From assembly GCA_963823035.1 (NCBI GenBank), contig CAWGKG010000012.1, forward strand, positions 320,001 through 384,000: a stretch of DNA of 64,000 bases. The letters run 5' to 3'. The notes below the pieces were generated by a model. The model had not been told where the DNA came from. It did not search any database and saw nothing but the letters and a program-made list of their open reading frames with translations. The stretch's first letter is position 1. Every line of letters begins with the position of its first letter. The position numbers and the translations under genes are program-made. Positions 19,995 to 31,173 of this stretch are shown piece by piece. The stretch comes from an uncultured Gemmatimonadales bacterium (GTDB taxonomy: Bacteria; Gemmatimonadota; Gemmatimonadetes; Longimicrobiales; Gaopeijiaceae).

Positions 19995-20912
19995 ATGGCG
20001 AGGGCTGATCGGTTGCTGTTCGTCTTCCTGGACGGCGTGGGGATCGGGGAGGCGGACGCGGAGCGGAACCCCTTCGCGCGCGCGGTGCTTCCCACCCTCC
20101 TGCGGCTCACGGGTGGGAGTCTGCCGACCCTCGACCACCCCCGCGCCGGCACCCCGGACGCTTCGGCCTTCCCCCTCGACGCCGCCCTCGGCGTGGAGGG
20201 CATCCCGCAGAGCGGCACGGGGCAGGCCGCCCTCCTCACGGGCGAGAACGCCGCGCGGCTGTTCGGTCGCCACTTCGGCCCGTGGACACCCGTGCGCCTC
20301 CGGCCGCTCGTGGAGGAGCACAGCATGCTCAACGTGGCACGGTCGGCCGGTCGGACCGTCGCCTTCGCCAACGCCTATCCGCGCGGCTGGCCGGGTCGGG
20401 ACGGCGGCCGACGCATCGCGGGCCCTCCCCTCGCCGCGCGCGGCGCGGGTGTCCTCGACCGGCATGAAGAGGCGTTGGGCCGCGGCGAGGCCGTCTCCAG
20501 CGAGATCGTCAACGACGGGTGGCGACACCACCTGGGGCACGACTGGCTTCCGGAGATCTCCGAGGAGGACGCAGGCCGTAACCTCGCCGCGATCGCCGCG
20601 GAGGCGGACCTCACCCTCTACGCGCACTACGCCACCGACACCGCCGGTCACCGCGGCGGGATGGACGGCGCAGTGGCCGCGCTCGAGCGGGTCGACCGCT
20701 TCCTGGGCGGCGTGCTGGCCAACCTCCCCGCGGACGTCACGCTCCTTCTCGCGAGCGACCACGGAAACGTCGAGGACGTGACGCAGGAGCACACACGCAA
20801 CCCTGCGCTCGGCCTCGCGGCGGGGCCCGGCGCACGGCGTTTGGCGGACGACCTGCGAAGCATCCAGGACGTCACGCCGGCCGCCCTCGCGCTCCTCGGC
20901 ATCCGGGACTGA
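19995..20912 (+). CDS. Alkaline-phosphatase-superfamily metalloenzyme (iPGM/phosphopentomutase-like)
   Basis: FLDGVG, PQSGTG, TDTAGH, SDHGNVE and HTRNP. Confidence 0.85.
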   Translation: MARADRLLFVFLDGVGIGEADAERNPFARAVLPTLLRLTGGSLPTLDHPRAGTPDASAFPLDAALGVEGIPQSGTGQAALLTGENAARLFGRHFGPWTPVRLRPLVEEHSMLNVARSAGRTVAFANAYPRGWPGRDGGRRIAGPPLAARGAGVLDRHEEALGRGEAVSSEIVNDGWRHHLGHDWLPEISEEDAGRNLAAIAAEADLTLYAHYATDTAGHRGGMDGAVAALERVDRFLGGVLANLPADVTLLLASDHGNVEDVTQEHTRNPALGLAAGPGARRLADDLRSIQDVTPAALALLGIRD

Positions 20913-20967
20913 ACGCCAGGCCCGTCTGGCCATCCCGCCGTCCCGGACGCCGCTCCATCCTCCCGGG

Positions 20968-22725
20968 GTGAAACCCCGATCGAAGATCCTCGGACAACTC
21001 CTCCTCGACGCCGGTGCGGTGTCTGCCGATGCGCTCACGCAAGCGCTGGAGGCTCAACGGACCGTGGGCTCGCGCATCGGCGAGGTGCTCGTGGAGAGGG
21101 GCGCCGCGGACGCCGAGACGGTGTCCCGGGCGCTGGCGCTCCAACTCGGGCTCCCCTATGCGCCCGCCCCCCTCGCGGTAGACGACGAGGCGGTCCGCAT
21201 CGTGCGACCCGAGCTGGCGAGACGGCGATCCGTCCTCCCGCTGCGTACGGCACCCCGATGCCTCGTGGTCGCCATGGCGGACCCGCTGGACCTCGGCGCC
21301 GTGGACGACCTGCAGTTCCAGACCGGCCGACGCGTGGACGTGGAGGTGGCCACGCCCGCCGCGGTCGTGGAGGGCCTCGATCGCTGCTACGGCGGCGCCC
21401 TCGAGGGCCTGGTGGCGTCGCTCCCGGCCGAGTTACGCGATCGCGCGGTCGATTCCGGGGACGAGCTCGAGCGGGCCACCCGCTCCGCACCGGTCGTGCG
21501 CCTCGTGGACCGCGTGCTTCGCGAGGCGGTGGACGGCGGCGCGAGCGACATCCACGTGGAGGAGACGGGAGGCGACGTCCGCGTGCGCTACCGCGTGGAC
21601 GGCGTCATGCGCCGCGCCCTCGAGATCCCGGCCGCCGCCCGCCACGCCGTGCTGTCGAGGCTGAAGGTCATGGCCGCCATGGACATCTCGGTCCGCCGCC
21701 GCGCCCAGGATGGACGGATCGTCCTGTCGCACGCGAGCCGGACCCTCACCATGCGCGTCTCGACGCTCCCGGTGAACGGCGGGGAGAAGGCCGTGGTCCG
21801 CATCCTCGACGCCGAGGGCGCGCCGGCTTCCTTCGACGCGCTCGGCCTCTCCGCCTCGGACCTCGTGCGCATCCGCAGGATGCTGACGGCCCGCGAGGGC
21901 GTGGTGCTCGCCGCCGGGCCCACCGGCAGCGGGAAGAGCACGACGCTCTTCGCGGCGCTCTCCGAGATCGACCGGGAGCGCCAGAACGTCGTCACCCTCG
22001 AGGATCCGGTGGAGTATCGCCTCACGGGGGCGAACCAGGTCCAGGTCGACCGACGCGCGGGGCTGGGCTTCGCGGACGCGCTGCGTGCCGTGCTGCGGCA
22101 GGACCCGGACGTGGTCATGGTTGGGGAGATCCGCGACCGGGAGACCGCGGAGATCGCGATGGCCGCCGCCGTCACCGGCCACCTGGTCCTCTCCACGATC
22201 CACACGACGGACGCCCCCGGCGCCGTGACCCGCCTGCTCGACATGGGCGTGCCCGCCTTCCTGGTGGCGGGGGGTCTCACCGGCGTCATCGCCCAGAGAC
22301 TCGTGCGGCGCATTTGCCGCGCGTGTGCCGGGAGAGGGTGCGCCGAGTGCGACGAGGGGTACCGGGGGCGCACCGGCGTCTTCCAGGTGCTCACCGTGAC
22401 GGACGCCCTCCGCGACGAGATCACGGGCGCGGCGTCGACGGCTCGCCTGCGCGCGCTCGCTCGCGAAGCCGGCATGGGGCGCCTGGGTGACGACGCCCGC
22501 CGCGCGGTCGCCGAGGGCCTCACGACACCGCATGAGATCGTACGGGTCATCCACGCCGATCCGGGCGCGTCCCTCCCCTGTCCGGGCTGCGACGGGGAAG
22601 TACCGATCGGCGCGGCGGCGTGCCCTTCCTGCGGCCGCCATCGCCGCCGCACGTGCGCGTGCGGCGCGGAGATCGACAGTGGTTGGCGTTTCTGCCCCCG
22701 CTGCGTGCGTCCGGTGGTCGCGTAG
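20968..22725 (+). CDS. GspE/PilB-family ATPase with MshEN N-terminus and C-terminal double zinc ribbon
   Basis: LGQLLLDAG..LTQALEAQ, GPTGSGKSTT, TLEDPVE, LRQDPDVVMVGEIRD, HLVLSTIH; CxxC pairs at the C-terminus. Confidence 0.92.
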   Translation: MKPRSKILGQLLLDAGAVSADALTQALEAQRTVGSRIGEVLVERGAADAETVSRALALQLGLPYAPAPLAVDDEAVRIVRPELARRRSVLPLRTAPRCLVVAMADPLDLGAVDDLQFQTGRRVDVEVATPAAVVEGLDRCYGGALEGLVASLPAELRDRAVDSGDELERATRSAPVVRLVDRVLREAVDGGASDIHVEETGGDVRVRYRVDGVMRRALEIPAAARHAVLSRLKVMAAMDISVRRRAQDGRIVLSHASRTLTMRVSTLPVNGGEKAVVRILDAEGAPASFDALGLSASDLVRIRRMLTAREGVVLAAGPTGSGKSTTLFAALSEIDRERQNVVTLEDPVEYRLTGANQVQVDRRAGLGFADALRAVLRQDPDVVMVGEIRDRETAEIAMAAAVTGHLVLSTIHTTDAPGAVTRLLDMGVPAFLVAGGLTGVIAQRLVRRICRACAGRGCAECDEGYRGRTGVFQVLTVTDALRDEITGAASTARLRALAREAGMGRLGDDARRAVAEGLTTPHEIVRVIHADPGASLPCPGCDGEVPIGAAACPSCGRHRRRTCACGAEIDSGWRFCPRCVRPVVA

Positions 22726-22824
22726 CGCACGAGCGGCGCGGCGGAGCGGCCGTTGCCCCTCCCCGCGGGCGGCGTCAAACTTCCCCCGTCGAGTCGGTGT
22801 CCGCATGGGATCCGAGAAGCTCCG

Positions 22825-24042
22825 ATGGCCATCCCCTTCTTGCGCGTCCGCAGCTTCCAGGGACGCATCTTCCTGGCCATCCTCGTGGTCGTTCTGGCCC
22901 CCGCCGCCGTGGGCGTCGTGGGCGGGATGCTCACGCTCCGGACGATCGGGACACGCACGGGCACGCTGGGCGCGTGGGACGCCGTCGCCGAGTCCGGTCA
23001 GACCCTCCTGGATGCGGTGGACACCGCGGCCGCGAGCGACTCCCTGCTTCGCGCGGCCGCGCAGAAGCATCGCCGTGCTCTCTCCGAGTCGGTGCGGATG
23101 TCACGCGTGTGGACGCTGCTCGTCGAGCGCGTGGTGGGCGCGCTCCCCGCCGCGGCGCTCTTCGCCGGCCTCCTGGTGGGCGCGCTCGCCTTCCTGGCCG
23201 CGCGTTTGATCGCGCGAGGGTTCGGCCGACCGGTGGCGGAGCTCGCCGGGTGGACGGAGCGGATCGCGCGCGAGGAGCCCCTCCCCGAGCCTTCGGACGA
23301 CGAGACGTCGGTCCAGGAGCTCGCCACGCTGCGCGACGCCCTCCGGCGCATGGCCGACCAGCTCGAGGAAGGCCGGCGACGCACGATCGAGAACGCACGC
23401 ATGCGCTCGTGGACCGACTTCGCGCGCAAGGTGGCCCACGAGATCAAGAACCCCCTGACACCGATGAGGATGGCGGCCGCCACGCTGAGCCGCGGGAGGG
23501 AGGGTCCGGAGGCCGAGGCGGGTAGGATCCTCCGCGAGGAGATCGAGCGGTTGGACGACCTGGCGCGCACCTTCTCGCAGTACGGCCGCATCCCGGAGGG
23601 CCCGCGATCGCGCGTGGATCTGGGGGAGCTGCTCACGTCCCTCTCCTCGCAGCACGCGTCGGAGGCGACCCCCGTCGAGGTGCGCCTCGACGGCAGCGTG
23701 GAGGTGGAGGCGCACTACGACGCCCTCGAGCGCGCGCTGCGCAACCTCGTCGTCAACGCCGTGGAGGCGCAGGAGGGCGGCGGCCGCGTGGACATCTCCC
23801 TGGAGGGCGAGCCCGAGTGGGCGGTGATCCGCGTCGAGGACGAGGGACCGGGGGTGCCCGAGGACCTCCTCGAGGAGATCTGGAACCCGGACGTGACCAC
23901 CAAGCGTCACGGCACGGGCCTGGGGCTCGCCATCGTCCGGCAGACGGTCTTCCACCACGGGGGCACGGTCACGGCCAGCAATCGCGCCGGGGGCGGAGCG
24001 GCCTTCGAGGTGCGTCTTCCGCGGACCACCGAGTCAGGATGA
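22825..24042 (+). CDS. HAMP-domain sensor histidine kinase (NtrY-like)
   Basis: Two TM segments, ARKVAHEIKNPLTP H-box, NLVVNAVEA and GTGLGL. Confidence 0.92.
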   Translation: MAIPFLRVRSFQGRIFLAILVVVLAPAAVGVVGGMLTLRTIGTRTGTLGAWDAVAESGQTLLDAVDTAAASDSLLRAAAQKHRRALSESVRMSRVWTLLVERVVGALPAAALFAGLLVGALAFLAARLIARGFGRPVAELAGWTERIAREEPLPEPSDDETSVQELATLRDALRRMADQLEEGRRRTIENARMRSWTDFARKVAHEIKNPLTPMRMAAATLSRGREGPEAEAGRILREEIERLDDLARTFSQYGRIPEGPRSRVDLGELLTSLSSQHASEATPVEVRLDGSVEVEAHYDALERALRNLVVNAVEAQEGGGRVDISLEGEPEWAVIRVEDEGPGVPEDLLEEIWNPDVTTKRHGTGLGLAIVRQTVFHHGGTVTASNRAGGGAAFEVRLPRTTESG

Positions 24043-24067
24043 CACACCCGGGCAAAGGGGCGCGTAG

Positions 24068-25435
24068 GTGATGTCCATGAACGTTCTCATCATCGACGAC
24101 GAAGGCAACATCCGGCGGATGCTGCGCATGCTCCTCGAGTCCGAGGGCTACGGCGTGCGGGAGGCCGGAACCGCGGAGGAGGGCCTGGTCGAGGCGGAGC
24201 GACAGCCACCCGAGGCGATCCTCCTCGACCTGATGCTCCCCGCCATGAGTGGGCTGGACGCCCTTCCCCGCCTGGGTGCCCTCGTCCCGGGCGTGCCCGT
24301 CGTGATGATGAGCGGCAGGGCCACGCTCTCCGACGCCGTGGAGGCGACGCGAAGGGGCGCGTTCCACTTCATCGAGAAGCCGCTGACACCGGAGACCGTG
24401 CTGGTCACCCTGCGCGCGGCGATGGAGGTGAGCCGCGCCCGCGACCTGACACGGGCCCTCACCGCGGAGATCGGCCCGGAGGCCGAGCTGGTGGGCCTGA
24501 CCCCCACGATGAACCGCGTGCGCGATCTGGTGCGGAAGGTCGCGCCCACCGACGCCCGCGTGCTCATCACGGGGGAGAGCGGCACGGGGAAGGAGCTGGC
24601 GGCCGCCGCGATCCACGGCCTCTCGAAGCGAATGGGCGGGCCCTTCATTCGCGTCAACTCGGCCGCGATCCCGCGGGACCTGGTGGAGAGCGAGATGTTC
24701 GGCCACGAGAAGGGCGCCTTCACGGGGGCCACCGAGAGACGGCGTGGACGCTTCGAGCTGGCGCACGGCGGCACGCTCTTTCTGGACGAGGTGGCCGACC
24801 TGGGGGCCGATGCCCAGGCGAAGCTGCTGCGGGCCCTCGAGACCGGCGAGGTGGAGCGGGTCGGCGGGTCGGGACCCATCGGCGTGGACGTGCGCGTCAT
24901 CGCCGCCACCAACCGGGACCTGCACGAGGAGTGCAAGACCGGGCGTTTCCGCGAGGACCTCCTCTTCCGTCTCGAGGTCGTGCCGATCCGCATGCCCCCG
25001 CTGCGCGAGCGGCTCGAGGACGTCCCCCTCCTCGTCGAGCATGCCCTGCGGCGCCTCCGGCGCCGCCAGGGAATCCGCGCTCCGCGCTTTTCGCGCGAGG
25101 CCGTGGCCGCCCTCCAGCGCTATGCGTGGCCGGGCAACGTGCGGGAGCTCATGAACCTGGTGGAGCGGCTCTCGATCCTCACGTCCGGCCCGGAGGTGCA
25201 GCCGCCGGACGTCTCCGCCGTCCTGCCGCGCGCGCAGACCGCCGCGCCCGACACGCCCGCCTACGAGGACGCCGACACCCGCGGGCTCCGCGACCGGCTG
25301 GACGACTACGAGCGCGAACTCATCGCCGGTGCCCTCCACGCGGCCGCCGGCAACGTGGCCGAGGCCGGCCGCAGGCTCCAGACGGACCGGGCCAACCTCT
25401 ATCGCCGGATGAAGCGCCTCGGAATCCGAGAGTGA
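24068..25435 (+). CDS. Sigma54-dependent response regulator (NtrC/NtrX family)
   Basis: REC domain, GESGTGKE, GAFTGA, FLDEV, WPGNVREL and a Fis-type HTH. Confidence 0.95.
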   Translation: MMSMNVLIIDDEGNIRRMLRMLLESEGYGVREAGTAEEGLVEAERQPPEAILLDLMLPAMSGLDALPRLGALVPGVPVVMMSGRATLSDAVEATRRGAFHFIEKPLTPETVLVTLRAAMEVSRARDLTRALTAEIGPEAELVGLTPTMNRVRDLVRKVAPTDARVLITGESGTGKELAAAAIHGLSKRMGGPFIRVNSAAIPRDLVESEMFGHEKGAFTGATERRRGRFELAHGGTLFLDEVADLGADAQAKLLRALETGEVERVGGSGPIGVDVRVIAATNRDLHEECKTGRFREDLLFRLEVVPIRMPPLRERLEDVPLLVEHALRRLRRRQGIRAPRFSREAVAALQRYAWPGNVRELMNLVERLSILTSGPEVQPPDVSAVLPRAQTAAPDTPAYEDADTRGLRDRLDDYERELIAGALHAAAGNVAEAGRRLQTDRANLYRRMKRLGIRE

Positions 25436-25556
25436 GCAGGCGTGTAGAATCGTCACGACCCGGACCCCGCACAGCGTGAGCGGGACACACCTCCCCCGAC
25501 CGGGGCGAATCCACCTAACGTCAGGTCGGACATGAAGATACGGAATCACACGGGAA

Positions 25557-25571
25557 TGGTACGCTCCCTGC
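25557..25571 (+). promoter_or_regulatory. Putative sigma54 -24/-12 promoter
   Basis: TGGTACGCTCCCTGC (GG-N10-GC), about 50 bp upstream of the ATG at 25622. Confidence 0.6.
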
Positions 25572-25621
25572 CTCCAGCGCCGTTGCGAACCCGGTGTGAT
25601 CCGAACGGAGGGTGGAAACCC

Positions 25622-27348
25622 ATGCGGTGGAAGACGGGATGGATCTGTGCGCTCCTCGCCCTCGCGGCGCCCCTGGGCGCGCAGGAGCAGGGCGTCGAGG
25701 AGCTGAACCTGCCGCGGCACGTGGCAGACGACATCATCGCTTTCTTCAACCGACCGTCCACGCTCCGCTTCCAGGGGCGCGCCGACATCCCGGCCGGCCG
25801 ATCGATCGGAGGCGACGTCGCCGTGCTGGGGGGCCCGATCACGGTGGCGGGGGAGATCGACGGCGACCTGGTGGTGGTGAACGGATCGCTCTCGGTGCCC
25901 GACGGCGGGAGGATCACCGGAGACGTCACGGTGGTCGGTGGGGAGGCCAACGTCGACGTGGCTTCGGTGGGTGGACAGCTCACCGTCTACGAAGAGGCGC
26001 TCACCTACGAGCGCCGCGGCGACCGGATCGCCTACGACGAGTCGCCGTGGAGGCGGTGGGAAGAGCGCCGTCGTCACGGACGCTCCTGGTTCTCGGTGCG
26101 ATCGGCGGGCAACTACAACCGCGTCGAGGGGCTGCCCGTGATGTTCGGTCCGGTCTTCCGCACCCGCGGCGACGACGCCTTCCGCCTCGACGTGATGGGG
26201 ATCTGGAAGTCGGAGTCGGGGATCCGCCTCGCCCCCCGCGAGCTGGGCTACCTCTTCCGCGCCGAGCAGCACTTCGGTCCGGGGAGCCGGTTCTCGGTGG
26301 GGGGCACCGCGCACTCGCTCGTCGACCCGATCGACCCGAACGGGCTCCTGGACATCGAGGCGTCCCTCGCCGCCTTCCTGCTGCACCGCGACTACCGCGA
26401 CTACTTCGAGCGGCAGGGCTTCAGCGGCTACGTGCGCTACGACGAACCGGACTGGGGGCTGCACCTCGCGTTGGAATACCGGGACGAAGAGCACAACTTC
26501 GTGCCGGTCGGCAGCCCATGGACGCTGAAGCGCAACGACGCGCCCTGGCGCCCCCAACCGCTCGTGGCGGAAGGGCGGCTGCGCACGGTCACGTCGGACG
26601 TCCTCGTGGACGCCCGCAACGACCGGGACGACCCGACGGACGGCTGGTATCTGGAAGCGCGCGCCACCGTGGGCCTGGGCGGCGCGCTGACGCTCCCCGA
26701 GTACCGTCTTCCGAACCCGCAGCCTGCCACGCTCGCCCAGGAAGGCGCCCGGTCGACACGGACTTCAGCACCGGGGTGATCGACCTGCGGCGCTACGCGC
26801 GCCTCGGACCGGGCGCCGACCTCCGTCTGAGGGGATACCTGGCGGGCTCGCTCGACGGAGGCGCCCTCCCGCCGCAGTTCCAGCGGACGCTCGGAGGGGA
26901 GGGCTCACTGCCGGGACACCCGCTCATGTCGGTCGCCTGCGGTGCGCGCGACCGGCCGTTCTCCGTCTACAGGGAGGTGGACGAGGAGAACGTGCGCATG
27001 CCGGTCTACGCCGGATACGGGTGCGATCGCGTCGCGCTCTTCCAGGCGGAGTACCGGAGCTCCCTCTTCTTCGACTTCGATCTGGGCCCGGGCGACGACT
27101 GGGACGACAGCTGGGACTGGTATCCGGTGGTGGACCTCCATCCGAGCTGGTCGGTCTTCTTCGACGCGGGCCGGGGATGGTCGCTCGCCGACCCGGCGGA
27201 CCCGGCGTTCCTCGGCCCGTCCACCAAGACCCATATGGACCTCGGCTTCGGGCTGCTCCTGGGCGACATCGGCCTCTATTGGGCCTGGCCGCTCTCCGGG
27301 AGCAGCAAGGACGCGAACTTCTTCCTGCGTATCGATCATAGGTTCTGA
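25622..27348 (+). CDS. Predicted outer-membrane beta-barrel protein with N-terminal bactofilin-like repeats (frameshift near 26750)
   Basis: Signal peptide, GDVAVLGG/GDLVVVNG/GDVTVVGG repeats, YNRVEGL and C-terminal LRIDHRF. Confidence 0.75.
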
Positions 27349-27349
27349 C

Positions 27350-28042
27350 GGCAGCGCTCGACGCTGGAAGCCGGCCCGACGCCACCGGGCTGCGCACCTC
27401 CTCTCCAGGTCCCCCATCCTCGGGGCCCTGTGGGTCGCGCTCGCCCTCTCGCCCGCGCACGTCCGCGCGCAGGACGACGCCCCGCTGACCATTACGGCCG
27501 CCTCCGAGGGCGGCGAGCTCCAGATCCACATCGGCGATCTCTTCGAGGAGCCGGGGCTGGGGCGTGCGCTGCAATCCGGGCTTCCCCTGCGCATCCGGAT
27601 CGTCGCCGAGCTCTGGAAGGACGGGTTCTTCGACTCCCAGAAGGGTCGCTCGGAATGGCGTGCCACCGTGCTCTTCGACCCGCTCGAGCAGAAGTACCGC
27701 GTGCTGACGGCATCCGGCACCGTCGAGCTGTCCGTGGACTCGATCGCGGGTGTGCGCGACGCGCTCCAGAACTCCTTCTCCCTCCCGCTGCGGCCCCGGG
27801 AGGAGGGGCGCTACTACTACGACGGCGAGGTGCAGGTGGAGACGCTCTCGCTCACCGACCTCGAGGAGCTGCAGCGATGGCTGCGCGGCGACCTGGCACC
27901 GGCCGTGAAGGGCGACCAGGCGATGGAGACCGCCGTCGGGCGGGGGGTGCGCCGCGCGATCGTGCGCATGCTCGGCCTCCCGGCACGCCGCTTCAAGGTC
28001 CGCACCGAGTCGTTCGACGTCGGTCCGGTGGATCCCCGCTGA
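27350..28042 (+). CDS. DUF4390-like exported protein (start uncertain)
   Basis: Signal-like ALWVALALSPAHVRA, then ALQSGLPLRIRIVAELWKDGFFD..FDPL..Y. Confidence 0.6.
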   Translation, partial: GSARRWKPARRHRAAHLLSRSPILGALWVALALSPAHVRAQDDAPLTITAASEGGELQIHIGDLFEEPGLGRALQSGLPLRIRIVAELWKDGFFDSQKGRSEWRATVLFDPLEQKYRVLTASGTVELSVDSIAGVRDALQNSFSLPLRPREEGRYYYDGEVQVETLSLTDLEELQRWLRGDLAPAVKGDQAMETAVGRGVRRAIVRMLGLPARRFKVRTESFDVGPVDPR

Positions 28043-28061
28043 GGGAAGCCGGCCAGGCGCG

Positions 28062-29166
28062 CTAGCGAAAGGCCGCCCGCCTCGAAGGTGAGCGCCTCGA
28101 TCCGCCCGACGTCCGGATGCACGCCGATGCCCGGGCCTTCGGGCACGCGCATCTCCCCTCCCTCCACGACGAACTCGGGGTCCACGACGTCCCGCTCCCA
28201 GTAGCGTCGCGACGCCGAGATGTCGCCCGGAAGGGTGAAGCCCTCCAGAGACGCGAGCGCCACGTTGTGTGCCCTCCCCACGCCGGACTCGAGCATCCCG
28301 CCGCACCACACCGGCAGTCCCTTCGCCTTCATGACGTCGTGGATCCGCTTCGAAGACGCGTGGCCCCCGACGCGGCCCGGCTTGATGTTGACGATGCGGC
28401 AGCTCCCCAGCTCGAGGGCGAGCTCGAGGTCCCCCACGGACTCGATCGACTCGTCCATGCAGATCGGCGTGCGCAGGCGTTCCTGCAGCCTCGCGTGCTC
28501 GAGGAAGTCGTCGTAGTACAGGGGCTGCTCGATCATCATCAGGTCGAGAGCGTCGAGCTCCTGGAGCCTGGGCGCGTCGGCGAGCGTGTACGCGGAGTTG
28601 GCGTCCGCCATGAGCCGCACGTCCGGGAAGCGCTCTCTCAGGCCGGCGAGCATCTCGACGTCGCGCCCGGGCTTGATCTTGATCTTGACGCGGGCGTATC
28701 CCTCGTCGACATAGCCGCCCACCTTCTCGTGCAGCGCCTCGTCCGTCTTCTGCAGCCCGACGCTCACGCCGACGGGCACGCTCGTGCGGGTGCCACCGAG
28801 CTTGTGCGAAAGCGAGACGCCGTCCATGCGCGCGGCAAGGTCCCACGCCGCCATCTCCACCGCGGCCTTGGCCATGTGGTGGCCGCGGATCCAGGAGACG
28901 GGCGCCAGCACGTCCTCCGGTCCGGCCGCGTCACGTCCTACCACACGCGGGAGGATGAAGTCGGTCAGGAGGTGCCAGGCCGTCTCGGTGGTCTCGTACG
29001 AGTAGGACGGGTCCTCCCCCACCACACACTCCCCCCATCCCTCCAGCCCCTCGCCGTGCAGCGTGAGGAGGAGGATGCGGCGGTCCTGCTTCCCGCCGCT
29101 GCTGATCTCGAAGTACTCCTTCAGCCGCAGGGGGATCTCGCGGAGCTCGGCACGCTCGATCTTCAT
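28062..29166 (-). CDS. menC: N-succinylamino acid racemase / o-succinylbenzoate synthase (enolase superfamily)
   Basis: KIKIKPG, DAN, IEQP, DES, NIKPGRVGG, CGGMLE and PGDISAS. The stop is inferred at 28062, with an indel near 28085. Confidence 0.88.
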
Positions 29167-29997
29167 GGGTTCCCTTCTCGTGTGAGCAGGTAGTCGGAGG
29201 TGCGGGTTCCGCGCAGCAGCTCGCGCACCTCGTAGCCCCGGTCCAGGTAGTGGGTGAACACCGTACGTGTCGCCTCGCGCCAAGCCACGGCGAGCTCCAT
29301 CGAGTCGGCCATGACCGCGGAGATGTCGACCGGGATGGCGACCCGCACCCTCGGCGCTTCCAGCTCCGTCAGAGGCGCACCGGGACGCGGAAGCTCCTCG
29401 TCCGGATCCGCCTCGGCCAGCGCGGCGGGATCCGCGGCGTGCGCGTCGGCGGCGGGGCCGCGCTCCCGCCCGCCCGTTCGGCGCTCCACGCGCTCCGAAT
29501 CCATCTGCCAGAGCGCGATGAAGCGGTCCGTGCCGATGCCGCGGTGCAGGGGAGAATCGGTCTCGCCGTACATGTCCTGCACGTACTCACGCGCGACGAT
29601 CCCGAGCTTGGAGAAGTTCAGGTACGCGTTGCGCGACTGCAGGGGGTCGAAGGTCCAGAACATCGTCCTCACGCCGCGACTCCAGCAGGATGCGACGCTG
29701 GTACGCCTTCAGCTCGGCGCCGAGGCCCGTGTCGCGCAGCCCGCGGCGCACCGCCAGCATGTCCGACCAGTGCACGACCTCGCCGTCCCGGACGCCGGTC
29801 ATCCCGAACACGAACCCCACCAGCGTTCCCCGCTCGTCCCAGGCGCCCGATGCGACGCCGCCCAGGATCTGGGCGACCTTGAGGATCGCCGTCGGCACGC
29901 GCTCGGAGAAGCCGTGCCCCCACGTCTCCTCCTGCAGCGCGACGCACGCCCGCAGCTCCTCGATCGTCCCGAGGGGGCGGAGGGTCCAGGCGCTCAT
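29163..29997 (-). CDS. GNAT-family acyltransferase, probable D-amino acid N-succinyltransferase (frameshift near 29675)
   Basis: HWSDMLAV..GLGAELKAYQR and WTFDPLQSRNAYLNFSKLG; adjacent to NSAR. Confidence 0.85.
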
Positions 29998-31173
29998 CCC
30001 GACACCGGCGCCATGAGCAGGAGGGCGAGGAGGGCGCACCGGTCCACGGTGGCGTCCACGAGGATGTGCTCGTGCAGTGCGTGGGCGCCGTCGCCGACCG
30101 CGCCGAGGCCGTCGAGGGTCGCCGCGTATTGGCTGATGACGCTTCCGTCGGAGGCGCCGCCCACCATCGTCTCGTCGATGTCGAGACCGAGCGCCGTCGC
30201 CGCCGCGCGGGCCCGCTCCCAGAGCCTCCGGTTCGGCGGCGTCCGCTCGAGCGGCGGGATCCTCATGCCTCCGGAGACCTGCAGGGTGACGCCCGGCGTG
30301 GCCGATGTCAGCCCGAGGATGGCCGCCTCGATCCGGCGTCCGTCCTCGGCGCGCGCGACCCGGACGTCGATCTCGGCGGTGGCACGCGCCGCCACGACGT
30401 TGGGGCGCGTCCCGCCCCGCACCACACCGACGTTCACCGTGGTACCCTCCCCTCCCTCATCGAGCGCCTGCAGCGCGCCGATCACGTGCGCCAGCTCGGC
30501 GACTGCGCTCGCACCCTCTCCGGGGCTGAGTCCGGCGTGGGCCGCCCTTCCGTAGATCTCCACCTGGAAGTTGCCCACGCCCTTCCGCGCCGTCTTCAGC
30601 TTCCCGGTGGGGCCGGCCGCCGGCTCCGCGACGAAGGCACGGCACGCGTGGCGCGCCAGGCGCCGCACGGTGCGACCCGACTCGGGGCTGCCGATCTCCT
30701 CGTCCGAGTTGACCAGCACGACCGGCGTGGCCGGGGGCGTGGCTCCGAGGTCCCGCAGGACGCGCAGGGCGAAGACGATCAGGGCGAGGCCGGCCTTCAT
30801 GTCGAACGTCCCGGGACCGTGCAGTCGACCCTCCGTCTCGCGCACCGGCATCTCTTCGAGCGTACCGTGCGGCCAGACCGTATCACAGTGTCCGACCAGG
30901 AGTTGCAGCGGTGCGCCCCGGGTCCGTCCGGACGGTCTGGCGAGGATCAGGCCGCCGCTTCGCACGCCCGGCCAGAGCCGCGACCGGTAGCCGACGTCGC
31001 GCAGGGCATCGACGAGCATCGCCTGGACCGGGGCCTGCCCGGCCGCGTCGTCCGTGGGCGACTCGCTCTCGGCCAGCCGAGCGATGAAGGAGACGATCGC
31101 TGTCGCGCTCCGCCCGCACGCGGGCGAGCACGTCCGCCGGTTCGACGCCGCCGAGCCTCCCGGCTGTCGTCAT
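29994..31173 (-). CDS. M20-family metallopeptidase, probable desuccinylase (5' frameshifts)
   Basis: GHCDTVW, DMKAG, SDEEIGS, GRAAHAG, GGASDG and GAHALHE. Confidence 0.9.
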
